Assembly (NCBI GenBank): GCA_963733035.1
Contig: CAVTBU010000005.1
Location: forward strand, 960,001-1,024,000
Direction of reading: 5' to 3'
Length of the DNA stretch: 64,000 nt
Source: Pirellulales bacterium
GTDB lineage: Bacteria; Planctomycetota; Planctomycetia; Pirellulales; PALSA-1355
The stretch's first letter is position 1, and each line of letters opens with the position of its first letter. The notes beneath the pieces are model-generated. The model worked only from the letters and a program-made list of their open reading frames with translations. It did not search any database and was not told where the DNA came from. Of the stretch, positions 1-10,155 are shown one piece after another. Made by a program: the position numbers and the translations under genes.

Positions 1-399
1 TACCCGTAGCCCAATATGGCCGCTCGGGCAAACCGCATGCTGAACCGATACGGGAAGGCGACGAATCAGGCTCTCGGGATGACAATCGGGGGCAACGAGC
101 GTGACAGGCCCAGGCCAGCAGCGGCGGGCCAGTCTGCGACCCAAAGGGCTCAAATCGGGCACGTAGTCCAGCACGTCATCCGCGCTGCGGATGGCCAGCG
201 TGAGGGGTTTGTTGGCATCGCGGCCCTTGGTTTCCAACACTCGAGCGACCGCCACCTCGCTCAGCGCGCTGGCCGCGAGCCCATAGACCGTTTCGGTAGG
301 CAGGGCGACCAGTTTGCCCTCGGCCAGAGCCTGGACTGCCCGATGCACCACATCGCGCGAATCGTCGGCGCTGCGGATGTCAATCACAAGGGGGGGCAT
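1..399 (-). CDS. tsaC: Threonylcarbamoyl-AMP synthase, Sua5/YwlC/TsaC family; 5' part only, runs off the window start
   Basis: Not in the ORF track. Manual minus-strand translation from ATG 399 gives MPPLVIDIRSADD...GKLVALPTETVYGLAA...KGRDANKPL...RCWPGPVTLV...IGLRV, containing the PTETVYGL, KxR and WPGPxT motifs of TsaC/Sua5. Confidence 0.9.
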   Translation of the reverse strand, partial: MPPLVIDIRSADDSRDVVHRAVQALAEGKLVALPTETVYGLAASALSEVAVARVLETKGRDANKPLTLAIRSADDVLDYVPDLSPLGRRLARRCWPGPVTLVAPDCHPESLIRRLPVSVQHAVCPSGHIGLRV

Positions 400-435
400 T
401 CGGCGAGGGCTCCGTCTGCAGCACGCCTGGCGGCC

Positions 436-467
436 ACTGTCAGGAAATGAAACTGTCAGGAATTGAA
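436..467. repeat. 16-bp tandem direct repeat, 2 copies, 1 mismatch
   Basis: ACTGTCAGGAAATGAA at 436-451 followed by ACTGTCAGGAATTGAA at 452-467, about 37 bp upstream of the tsaC start. Confidence 0.85.
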
Positions 468-787
468 AGAGACTGATCGAATTACTGTTGTCCCCATCCA
501 CCTTCTGGATGCACCGGTTCCGACCCTCCACCGTCGAGCTGAAATCGCTCGCCAGCGTTCGAGGTCTCTAGGCGCAATAGATTACTATAGAGGTTGTTAC
601 GATCGCTGACAAGCAAATCGAATCAATCGCTTGCCGCACTCTTGGCGGTAAGCTGCTACGATAAAGGAGTGCCGGGGGGGCTGCCAAATCTTGGGGCCCG
701 CCAGTCGATCACCGTCTCAAATAGGCAACGACTTCTATTGTTCGTTTTCGAAACCCCGATTGATCGAACACAAGGACTCTCCGCCCC

Positions 788-1792
788 ATGAGCGTGGCAG
801 ATAGCATGCAACAGCGGGCCGAGCAGTTCGTGGCTCGTTACGGTGCCGTACGTGAAGAGCTAGGCCGGGTTATCGTCGGACATCACGACATCGTCCACGG
901 CATTCTCACGTGCTTGTTCGTGGGTGGGCACTGCCTGCTCGAGGGCGTTCCGGGGCTCGGCAAAACGCTACTGGTGCGTACGCTGGCTAAGACTCTGAAC
1001 CTCGATTTTTCACGCATCCAGTTCACGCCGGATCTGATGCCCGCGGATATCCTTGGCACCAACATGGTGATGGAATCGTCCGATGGCAAGCGTTTTTTCG
1101 AATTCCAACGTGGCCCGATTTTCACACAAATCTGCCTGGCTGACGAAGTGAATCGGGCAACGCCCAAGACGCAAAGCGCGATGCTCGAGACCATGCAAGA
1201 AGGCTCGGTAAGCGTTGGTGGCCACGTGTACGAACTGAAGCGTCCATTTTTCGTAATGGCCACACAGAACCCAATCGAGCAGGAAGGCACCTACCCGCTA
1301 CCCGAGGCACAACTAGACCGGTTTCTTTTCAAGCTGGTCGTCGGTTACTCGAGCCGTGAGGAGCTTGGCACGATAGTGGACCGTACCACTCGTGGCGAAC
1401 GCATCGACGCTCGAAAGATTATGGATGGCTCCGAGATCCTTCAATGGCAACAACTAGTGCGCGAAGTGATCCTGGCACCCCACGTGCAGGACTACATCGT
1501 ACGACTGGTATTGGCGACGCATCCCGGAGGCGCGCTGGCGCTTCCAATTACCAATCAGTACCTGCGTTGGGGCGCCAGCCCCCGCGGGGCACAAGCCTTG
1601 GCCCTGGCGTCAAAAGTTCGAGCACTGCTGGAAGGCCGCTACAACGTTAGCTTCGAGGACGTACGCCGGGTCTATCTTCCTGCAATGCGGCATCGCGTGA
1701 TCTTGAATTTCGAGGCGCAGGCCGAGGAGGTCGACACCGACCGAGTGTTACTGGAAATCCTCGAAAAGATCTCCGAGAAGCCGAGCGATTAG
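788..1792 (+). CDS. moxR: MoxR-family AAA+ ATPase
   Basis: Motifs GVPGLGKT, RIQFTPDLMPADI, LADEVNRATPKTQSA and ATQNPIEQEGTYPLPEAQLDRF. Confidence 0.95.
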   Translation: MSVADSMQQRAEQFVARYGAVREELGRVIVGHHDIVHGILTCLFVGGHCLLEGVPGLGKTLLVRTLAKTLNLDFSRIQFTPDLMPADILGTNMVMESSDGKRFFEFQRGPIFTQICLADEVNRATPKTQSAMLETMQEGSVSVGGHVYELKRPFFVMATQNPIEQEGTYPLPEAQLDRFLFKLVVGYSSREELGTIVDRTTRGERIDARKIMDGSEILQWQQLVREVILAPHVQDYIVRLVLATHPGGALALPITNQYLRWGASPRGAQALALASKVRALLEGRYNVSFEDVRRVYLPAMRHRVILNFEAQAEEVDTDRVLLEILEKISEKPSD

Positions 1793-1842
1793 GCAATTGA
1801 ACATCTGTCCGTTCATGCATTTCTCTTCCGATCCAAGCGTTT

Positions 1843-2733
1843 ATGCCAACCGTCGACTCCCCCCTTCTCTCGGCCGAATTCATGGCGCGACTCGAGCGGC
1901 TGGAACTCGTCAGTCGCAAGATATTTCGTGGACGCCTGAAGGGCGAGCGGCGGAGCACGCGCAAGGGACAAAGCGTCGAGTTTGCCGATTTCCGCAGCTA
2001 CGTGCCGGGCGATGACCTGCGATTTATCGATTGGAACACCTATGCCCGGCTCGACCGGCTCTTCCTCAAGATGTTCTTTGAGGAAGAAGATCTGCACTTT
2101 TACGCGTTGATCGACGCGAGTGGCTCGATGGGCTTTGGAGATCCAACGAAGTTGCAGTACGCCACGCAGTTGGCCGCCGCGTTGGGATTCATCGGTCTGG
2201 TGCGGTCAGACCGAGTGCGCATCGAAACGGTTGGTCAACCAGCGGGTCGGGCTGGGCCGGTGTTTCGTGGCCGCGCAAGCGCGTGGCGGATGATGAATTA
2301 CCTGCAAGGCATTGAAGCGGAGCCATCCACTTCGCTGACTCAAGGGATTAAAAACTTCTGTGTCCGCAACACGGGCAAAGGCATTGTCGTCCTACTCAGT
2401 GACCTGTTGGACAAGCAGGGTTATACCGACGGGCTGAAATACCTGCTTTCGCGGCAGATGGATGTCTACGTAGTTCAAGTCCTGTCGGCCGAGGAACTCG
2501 ATCCGCCGATAACCGGCGACCTTAAACTCGTCGACAGCGAAGACCAGGATATTGCGGAAATCAGTGTCGGACCGGCCCTCCTGAAACGCTACAAAAAGTC
2601 ACTGGGTACGTTCGTCGAAAGCGCGCGAGAATTTTGCAATCGTCGCGGCATGAATTACCTGCTCGCCAGCAACCAGGTGCCCGCTGAACAGTTGGTAACA
2701 ACCTACCTACGTCAGCGAGGTCTCGTGCGCTGA
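1843..2733 (+). CDS. DUF58 domain protein (MoxR partner)
   Basis: GQSVEFADFRSYVPGDDLRFIDWN...DASGSM; lies directly after moxR. Confidence 0.93.
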   Translation: MPTVDSPLLSAEFMARLERLELVSRKIFRGRLKGERRSTRKGQSVEFADFRSYVPGDDLRFIDWNTYARLDRLFLKMFFEEEDLHFYALIDASGSMGFGDPTKLQYATQLAAALGFIGLVRSDRVRIETVGQPAGRAGPVFRGRASAWRMMNYLQGIEAEPSTSLTQGIKNFCVRNTGKGIVVLLSDLLDKQGYTDGLKYLLSRQMDVYVVQVLSAEELDPPITGDLKLVDSEDQDIAEISVGPALLKRYKKSLGTFVESAREFCNRRGMNYLLASNQVPAEQLVTTYLRQRGLVR

Positions 2734-4700
2734 TGTCCCTCATCAATATGCTCAATTGGTGGCAGTGGGCTCTGCTGGGCGCGGTTCCGCCGGCGATCGT
2801 GCTACTGTATTTTCTTAAGCTCAAACGCACGCGGCTAGAAGTTCCCAGCACGTACTTATGGCGCAAATCGATCGAGGATCTGCATGTCAACAGCATCTGG
2901 CAGCGGCTCCGCACGAGTCTACTGCTTCTACTGCAAATCCTGTTCGTGCTCCTGGTCATGTTGGCGCTCGTGCGACCGGGTTGGAGTGGCAGCGAACTAG
3001 TGGGAAGCCGCTATGTGTTTCTCATCGACAACTCCGCCAGCATGCGGTCGACCGACGTAAAACCCACTCGTTTGGACGAGGCCAAACGCCGGGCCGGCGA
3101 ATTGATTGATCAAATGTCGTCGGGCGACGTGGCCATGATCGTCAGCTTTGCTGACTCTGCCCGCGTCGAACAAGTATTCACCGACAACCGTCGCGAATTG
3201 CAACGGCAACTCGCCGCAATTCGCCCGACAAACCATCCGACGGCACTCGGCGAGGCTCTACGCGTTGCGGCCGGTCTGGCCAATTCGGCGAGCGGTTCCG
3301 AGGATTCGGCAACATCAGCATCGCGCGGCCAGTCGGCCACTTTGTACTTATTTAGCGACGGCAAGTTTCCAGACGTGCAGAACTTTAAGCTCGGAAATCT
3401 TAAGCCGGTTTTCGTGCCGATCGGTCAACCGTCGCCACCGAATGTCGCTATTACCGCCTTTACAACACGACGACGCGAGGACGACCAAGAACAGATCCAG
3501 GCGTTCGGTCGCCTACAAAACTTTGGGCCGACGGACCTGAAGGCCGACGTCGAACTCTACCACGATAACGCATTGCTCGACTCGACCATCGTCGCGATCA
3601 AGTCGCTGGACGCCGAAAGCGTCGTGTTTGACCTCGGAAAAATGCCCAATGGCGTGCTCCACCTTCGCACGCGTACCGGAGGCGATCTGGCCGTTGACGA
3701 CGAAGCGTGGGCGGCCATTGATCCGCCCCAGCGAAGTCGCGTGCTGGTGGTAACGCCAGGCAACGATGCTTTGCAGTTGGCCATCGGCACCGAGAGCGGC
3801 GCTAAATTAGCCGACATTGAGACGGCCCCGCCCGAAATCCTGGACACACAGGAATACCAGGAAAAAGCAGCGGAGGGCTACTATGCGCTGGTCATTTACG
3901 ACCAGTGCCGGCCAGACAAAATGCCCCAAGCCAACACCCTGTTCATCGGCCGGCTCCCACCGGACGACTCCTGGGCAGCCGCGACGGATGCACCAACTGA
4001 AGCGCCGCAAATCATCGATGTCGAAGTCACGCATCCCCTGATGCAGCTAATCGACTTGGGCAATGTTCGATTTGCCGAAGGGACGATCCTCAAAGCACCC
4101 CGCGGCAGCACACCTTTGATCACAACCACGGCTGGCCCGCTGTTCGTTATCGCGCCTCGCGGCGCGTTCGAGGACGCGATCCTTGGCGCTGAAATTGTCG
4201 GAACCAATGAACAAGGCCAGCGATACGCCAACACGGATTGGCCGCTTCGAGTCAGCTTCCCCGTGTTCATCTTGAACACGCTGGCCTATTTCGGCAATGC
4301 GGCCGGCGCAGGGGGCATTCCCAGCGTACTACCCGGTCAAGTTGTGTCGCTGCACGGTGCTGGCTCAACAGGCGAACTGGTGGTTCGAACGCCCGTCGGC
4401 AATGCCATTGAACTCGACCGGGCAGGTGGTGAGAACGTCCAGTTTAGCGATACCGATGAGCCAGGAATCTACACGGTCGAGGAGGCTGGCCAAGCGCCGC
4501 GTCACTTCGCCGTGAACTTGTTCGATTCGGCGGAGAGCAGCATCGCCCCCCGCTCCGAGCTGCGGATTGGCTATGAAGACGTGATCGGTCAGGCAAGCTG
4601 GGAGGGGGGGCGGTTTGAGCTTTGGAAGCCTCTTTTGCTGGCGGTACTAGGCGTTCTGTGCCTGGAGTGGTACATATATAACCGTCGGGTGTCTGTATGA
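2733..4700 (+). CDS. BatA-like double-TM plus VWA domain membrane protein
   Basis: N-terminal PPAIVLLYFLK...PST.LW (BatA), MIDAS motif DNSASM, C-terminal ELW..LL...LEW. Start overlaps the DUF58 stop (TGATG). Confidence 0.9.
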   Translation: MSLINMLNWWQWALLGAVPPAIVLLYFLKLKRTRLEVPSTYLWRKSIEDLHVNSIWQRLRTSLLLLLQILFVLLVMLALVRPGWSGSELVGSRYVFLIDNSASMRSTDVKPTRLDEAKRRAGELIDQMSSGDVAMIVSFADSARVEQVFTDNRRELQRQLAAIRPTNHPTALGEALRVAAGLANSASGSEDSATSASRGQSATLYLFSDGKFPDVQNFKLGNLKPVFVPIGQPSPPNVAITAFTTRRREDDQEQIQAFGRLQNFGPTDLKADVELYHDNALLDSTIVAIKSLDAESVVFDLGKMPNGVLHLRTRTGGDLAVDDEAWAAIDPPQRSRVLVVTPGNDALQLAIGTESGAKLADIETAPPEILDTQEYQEKAAEGYYALVIYDQCRPDKMPQANTLFIGRLPPDDSWAAATDAPTEAPQIIDVEVTHPLMQLIDLGNVRFAEGTILKAPRGSTPLITTTAGPLFVIAPRGAFEDAILGAEIVGTNEQGQRYANTDWPLRVSFPVFILNTLAYFGNAAGAGGIPSVLPGQVVSLHGAGSTGELVVRTPVGNAIELDRAGGENVQFSDTDEPGIYTVEEAGQAPRHFAVNLFDSAESSIAPRSELRIGYEDVIGQASWEGGRFELWKPLLLAVLGVLCLEWYIYNRRVSV

Positions 4701-4817
4701 CCCGCCAGTCAGTCAAAGTTTTGTTTCGCGTATCATCCAGTCCCCCGCTCGCAAGTCAAACCTCCCTAGCACAAGCCTGCGAACTTTGATCAAGTTCGCT
4801 TTTGGCAGGAGTATCGA

Positions 4818-5558
4818 ATGATTCGTAACGCACTTTTGCCTCGTCCACAAAAGAGCAAGACATCCAATCGACAACGCCGACGAAAGATTCTCAAACTTGT
4901 CGAAAACGACCTGATCAATCGGGTCAGCTACGAACAATATCGAGAGAAAGTCCGCGATGTTTATGGAGGACGACAGGGAGCCCTTTTGGCTACCGCTAGC
5001 TTTCTGTCGCTCCACATTCATCTTGGTGATCGCTTGCTGCGGGAGCGTCATTTCGACTTGCACGGTGTGCACAACATTCTCGACGTCGGTAGCGGCGCGG
5101 GCCAAATTGCCAAACACTTGCTCAAGTACGCCGACCCGGAAGCGAGGATTACCTGCTGCGATTTATCGCCAGAAATGCTACGCCGCGCGCGCAATCGACT
5201 AAAGAGTCATCTCCCCAGTCATGTCGCGGCCGACTTGTCGAGCTTGCCGTTTGCCGATGAAAGCTTCGACTGTATCACCTGCGGCTACGTCCTGGAACAT
5301 CTGCCCGAAGCACGGCCGGGTCTCGCCGAAATGGCCCGCGTCTTGCGGCCCGGTGGCAGGATGCTGCTTCTGACCACCGAAGATAACTTCTCGGGTGCGT
5401 GGACCAGCCGTTTTTGGTGTTGCCGTACCTACAACCGCGCGGAACTGCGACGCACGTGTGACGATCTCGAGTTGACTTGGAAGAAAGAACTTTGGTTCAC
5501 TCGCATGCACAAGTTGCTGCGAGCGGGCGGCATCTGCGTCGAGATTGAAAAACGTTAA
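4818..5558 (+). CDS. Class I SAM-dependent methyltransferase
   Basis: ILDVGSGAG, CDLSPEML, LPFADESFD and EMARVLRPGG. Confidence 0.88.
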   Translation: MIRNALLPRPQKSKTSNRQRRRKILKLVENDLINRVSYEQYREKVRDVYGGRQGALLATASFLSLHIHLGDRLLRERHFDLHGVHNILDVGSGAGQIAKHLLKYADPEARITCCDLSPEMLRRARNRLKSHLPSHVAADLSSLPFADESFDCITCGYVLEHLPEARPGLAEMARVLRPGGRMLLLTTEDNFSGAWTSRFWCCRTYNRAELRRTCDDLELTWKKELWFTRMHKLLRAGGICVEIEKR

Positions 5559-6286
5559 CTATCGCGATGACTGTGCCCGTCGTCGCCGTGGCTCAATAGC
5601 AGCCATCGTTTGTCGCGGTTTTCTTCGATTACTCGCCGGATCGCTTGCTCTTGGTTTATCAGCGCTTTTTCGGCCGATTGTCGGACGCGCCGGTCCGCAA
5701 GGAAGTGCGCAAACCGTGGCGCATCGGTCAAAATCTCTTGCTGGAGCCGCTGGCGAACGAGCGTGGTGCCGTCGGGATTCTTCTCAAACCGGACGCGCAT
5801 CTCGTATTGCAAGAGTCTCTCCGTAGGACGCGCTAGTGTGACGTCGGAATATACCTGGTCGGGTTCAATTGTCACGTCTTGGTCTAGCGAGACGACGTGC
5901 TGCCCAATGTACGCGTCGCGGGTGCGAACCTCCAGCGTTCCGTGCAGTTCTAACTTCCACGGCATGTTCCTGAGTCGCAATGCGTCGATCCCCCCGCCGA
6001 TCGTGTTCCAATGCTGCGCAATGAATTGGCTATCGCCGGTCATCGCGACGATCTGCTTCGTCGCGTCCGTCCGCACCAGAATCTTGCGGACTTTCACAAA
6101 ATCCACATCGACGGAAAACGACCGTTCCACCGTTTGTACGGTTGCGTAGGTGCGGCCTACAGCAAGACTGCCAAATACCACGATGACGCCCCCCAGCAAC
6201 AGTGCGCACCCTACGGCGTACAACAGTATTGTCTTGCGCGATTTACGAGCGCCAGCTCGGCTGGTTGAAAAAGTTATGGTACCCAA
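5555..6286 (-). CDS. Hypothetical membrane-anchored protein
   Basis: 243-aa ORF with an N-terminal hydrophobic helix; fills the gap between neighbouring genes. Confidence 0.7.
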   Translation of the reverse strand: MGTITFSTSRAGARKSRKTILLYAVGCALLLGGVIVVFGSLAVGRTYATVQTVERSFSVDVDFVKVRKILVRTDATKQIVAMTGDSQFIAQHWNTIGGGIDALRLRNMPWKLELHGTLEVRTRDAYIGQHVVSLDQDVTIEPDQVYSDVTLARPTERLLQYEMRVRFEKNPDGTTLVRQRLQQEILTDAPRFAHFLADRRVRQSAEKALINQEQAIRRVIEENRDKRWLLLSHGDDGHSHRDS

Positions 6287-6300
6287 CTCGCTTTCTCTCG

Positions 6301-7467
6301 TCAGGGGTTCGCCCGAAGTACGAGCTTCGTTATTTCAGGACGGCAATTCATGCGATAGGGAAACAAACTGGCCGTTCCACGGCTAACGTGGAGCAGCGTC
6401 GGCTCGCTGGCAAAAAAGCCGCAGGAATACTTCGTGCCGTGCCAACTGGGGCAAATGACTGGTCCAACGAGTGGAAATCGGATCTGGCCGCCATGTGTGT
6501 GCCCCGCCAACATCAGGTCGAAACCATGTTGTCGAGCCCAACCCAGCTGATCGGGGGAGTGCGACAGAAGTAGCTTGAGGTGATCATCGGGTAGTTGCGT
6601 GATTGACGGAGCCGCATGCCGAAACCAGGGGCGCTCGTTTCCTGCCACCACGATTGGAGCATCCGCAAGCGACTCCAATCGTCCGCCGACGTCGGTGAAT
6701 CCTGCCTCCTGCATTGTGGCGCGAAGTCGCTGCACATCGTGCGTGCGCAGATCGTGATTTCCGAGTATGAATAGTTTCGATAGTCGCGCGCGCATTTGTC
6801 CCAGCGTCTCAGGAATCCAATCGATGAAACGAGCCTTGTCGCATACGTCTCCTGTCAGCGCGACCAAGTCCACTTCCATCGCGTTGGCGATTCTCACCAC
6901 TTCGTCGAAATACGCGCGTTCAATTCTCGGGCTGAAATGCAGGTCGGAGATGTGGCAAATCGCCAATCCATCAAGCGACGCCGGCAAGGCCGACACGGCG
7001 ATTTCATATTCCACGACGTGCAACTGCCAAAGTTGATTAAATGGGATTTTGCAAAACAGGCGAGTCCTAGGGCTCGTCGTTGGCACTTCTCCAATTCGCT
7101 GGCAGAGGTCAACAATCGTCTCGCTACCCTCGGTCACGCTTGCCAAGGGTTGAAGGGAACGCAGTCGCCACCAGGTCCATAGTGGAACGTGAACCGCTCC
7201 ATATGCCGCACAGAAGGCAGTATAAGCCGTGGCCCAATTTACCGGCGGCATCGTGCCCGTCGACCACCAGCGGCCAGAATTGTCGGCGACGAATTGCCAG
7301 GCTACAAGTGACGGTAAACCCAATAGCGCGGCGTAGAAAACCAACGTTACACTCTTGACCAGCTTGCGCGGAAAGCCGGTGCCGTGCCAGCGGTTAACGA
7401 CGCCGACCCACAAGGCCGCGTGACCGAGGAGTGCAAGCGAGATTAGTCCGATGGTCACGACCATCAT
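6301..7467 (-). CDS. Membrane-anchored metallophosphoesterase (calcineurin-like, YkuE/YaeI type)
   Basis: SDLH, LTGD, GNHD, SHSPD and LAGHTHGGQ motifs after three TM helices. Confidence 0.92.
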   Translation of the reverse strand: MMVVTIGLISLALLGHAALWVGVVNRWHGTGFPRKLVKSVTLVFYAALLGLPSLVAWQFVADNSGRWWSTGTMPPVNWATAYTAFCAAYGAVHVPLWTWWRLRSLQPLASVTEGSETIVDLCQRIGEVPTTSPRTRLFCKIPFNQLWQLHVVEYEIAVSALPASLDGLAICHISDLHFSPRIERAYFDEVVRIANAMEVDLVALTGDVCDKARFIDWIPETLGQMRARLSKLFILGNHDLRTHDVQRLRATMQEAGFTDVGGRLESLADAPIVVAGNERPWFRHAAPSITQLPDDHLKLLLSHSPDQLGWARQHGFDLMLAGHTHGGQIRFPLVGPVICPSWHGTKYSCGFFASEPTLLHVSRGTASLFPYRMNCRPEITKLVLRANP

Positions 7468-7651
7468 GGGCTGTCCCGAGGGTTAGCAGTCCGTTAAGAA
7501 TGCCTTCGCGACATCCCTCAACCTGTCCAGTTACCGAGCCAACGCCGGCACGACTCGAATACCAAGGACCGGCGTCGCTATTTTGTCCTGGAGTTCGTAC
7601 GACGGCACAGTACCCGTCTAGTGCGTGCTGCTAGCGAAAGCTGGCGGCCGC

Positions 7652-9440
7652 CTAGCGCTGCCGAACCGGCTCGCCTTGCTTGGTGGCCGGCTCATTGCTG
7701 TTGGCGGATGGTTCGATCTTGCCGGTCACCTCCTGCTCAGCCCGCGGACGTACAATGCGTTCGACGGTGTCGAGCAGTTGATCGAGCCGGAACGGCTTGC
7801 ACAGTTCGCCGTACAACGGCAGTTTTGCCTGGCGGGCTTTGACAATCGAGTGTCCCGGATCGTAGCCAAAACCGGTCATTAGCACGAGCGGAACCGGATC
7901 CATGATTTCCTGCAGCTTGAGCAACAATTCATAGCCCGTCATGTCAGGTAATCGAATATCGACTAGGATCACGTCGTAGTTTCCTTCCATCGCCACGTTG
8001 CGAACCATGTAGATCGCTTCGCCGCCGTCGTGGGCCGTCTCGACAATGCAGCCGTATCGCTCCAACAGGTTGTGTGCCGCGCTTCGCACGCTTTCGTCAG
8101 CATCTACCACCAGCACGCGGCGACCTCGCAGCAGGGCCCGACCTTCAGCCTGTTCGACATCCGGGTGCGCCTGAACAGGCGCCATCTTCTGCCCGACGTG
8201 CTGGATAAGCTGCTTGATATCGCGAGCATTGCGCAGAATCGCCTGCAATCGTTCAACGACTTCCGGCTCGTGACCGATGTAGCGCTCCATGATGTTGACG
8301 GCGTCGTTCAGAATGTCATCAACCGGAAGCGCCACCGCACTGTGGATGGCCTCGACACTCTCCTGCGCCGTGGTCACTTTCTCAGCCCGCAGTAGTTCAA
8401 GCGTGTTAAGGGCCACGGCTACGTCGCGGGTGAATATCTCCAGGAACTGCAAGTCGCTCTCGCTGAATGCCCTCAGTTCGGGGCTTTCGACGTTGAACGT
8501 GCCAATCACCTCGTCATGCAAGATCAGCGGCACTGTCAACGAACTACGGGCGCCGCGACAACCCTCGAGGTACAAGGGGTCCGCGGCCGTGTCTTCGCAC
8601 AGGTAGCTCTTCCCGGTCGCGGCGACGAAACCGGTCACACCGTTGTTTTGCGGTCGAGCGAAGAGGTCGCGACCAGCGGCTTCCGGTATGATCCCCACTG
8701 CCAACAGCGGCTCTAGCTTGCCGCTACGGCCATCGAGCAGTCGAATCTCCACGACGTCGAAATGCAGCAGGTCCTTGGTGAAGTGCAGGATGTTTTTCTT
8801 CAACAACTCGATGCGCTCTTCCACCGACATGACCGAGAGTTCCTCGGGCATCAGGTCGGCCAACTCGACGCCAGCCTGATGGATCGCGGCCAGCTTTTGC
8901 TGCTGCAACATCTCAGTCGTCACGTCGCGCACGGTAACGATCAAATGTTGCGGTGCCTGGTCCCCTTCGAAGACCGGCGCTGCATGCACCTGAAAGTAAC
9001 GATTTTCGCCCGAACGCAAAGTCGAAGTGCTCGAACGCGCCGTGGCCAAGGCCGTGTGGAAGGGACAGAAATCGGGACCAAGGATTTCGGGACTTCCCAG
9101 CACCGTGTAGAAGTTCGACCCGACGACCGACTCGCGAACCGTCCACTCGCGCAAGCGACCGTTGCCCCAGACGATCGTATTTTCGGCGTCCAGAACGACG
9201 ATTCCGTCGGGCATCCCCTCCAAAATCCGCTCATTCTGCAACAGCCGACCAATCTGAAATGCGTCGCCGAGATGCTCGGCCCCGACGTAAAGACCGGCAA
9301 ATGACTCGCGCAAGCCGACTTAGCGCCCGCAACGGACTCTGTACCTGAACTACTTCGAACGCATTTTGCAGTTCGTCTAGCAGTTGCTGCTGCCGAGGTC
9401 GAGAATCACCGACAAAAAGCAGTTTGGGTTTTGCCGACAA
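7652..9440 (-). CDS. PAS-GAF-receiver signalling protein, frameshifted near 9310
   Basis: Joins ORF 7652-9313 (PAS, GAF, C-terminal VLVVD...DIRLPD...KPF receiver) with the upstream frame LSAKPKLLFVGD...RALSRLA. TTG at 9440 is preceded by GGAG. Confidence 0.82.
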
Positions 9441-9910
9441 AATCGGATACTCCAACCGAGAGAACTCCAGCGTCATTATAGGAGTCACCCAAACCCTGAA
9501 CAACCACTGCCGCTAATCGACGTTTTCAACATTCGCTCCTCTGAGAGAATCGGTGCTCATCGCGGGGATTATTGATGCCGTCGCAGGTTTGGTTGATTTT
9601 TCCGTTTGAACCTGAAATGAGCGGCACGGAAAAACGCTGTGGCTGGCGCAGCCGTTGTCAGCGGCGCTCCCCTCGGCCATTCCGGGAAAAAGAGCGTCTC
9701 GTGGACGTTTGTGCCGGGGATGTGCGACTTAGCCTCGCATCCGCCGCGCCTTCGTTGGAAACCATATAAGCCCGTCACAAGGCAGTCGTTATGACGGCCG
9801 TAGCTCTGCTGGCACTACAGTCCAGAGGATAGTTGCGACGATCTAGTCTCCAGGGCTCGTAACCACGCACGGCCGCCGCCTCGGAAGGCCGATGGGGAGA
9901 CACTAGCAAT

Positions 9911-10141
9911 ATGTTCCGCGCTTTCTTTTTGGCCCTGGGGCTGTCGACCTTCATCCTGGGGCTCGAATGCCTGGTGATCGACAAGGCGGTGCTCGCACCG
10001 CGAAGCGGCAGCGCGGCCGAGCAGATTGCCGTTACCTATCGCGAGGTCAGGCCGCCCGAATGGGCGCCTTGGAGCCTCCTCTCGGCAGGGGCTGTGGTAA
10101 TGCTCTATTCGTTCACACTACCCGCCAAGATGCGGGGCTAG
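9911..10141 (+). CDS. Small hypothetical membrane protein
   Basis: 76 aa, two hydrophobic segments, GGGAG RBS, PPEWAPWSLLSAG motif. Confidence 0.75.
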   Translation: MFRAFFLALGLSTFILGLECLVIDKAVLAPRSGSAAEQIAVTYREVRPPEWAPWSLLSAGAVVMLYSFTLPAKMRG

Positions 10142-10155
10142 CTGCGTCAGCGGAC

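Noticed and set aside
16..450. 144-aa plus-strand ORF
   Set aside because: Antisense shadow of the minus-strand tsaC/Sua5 gene, which carries recognisable motifs.
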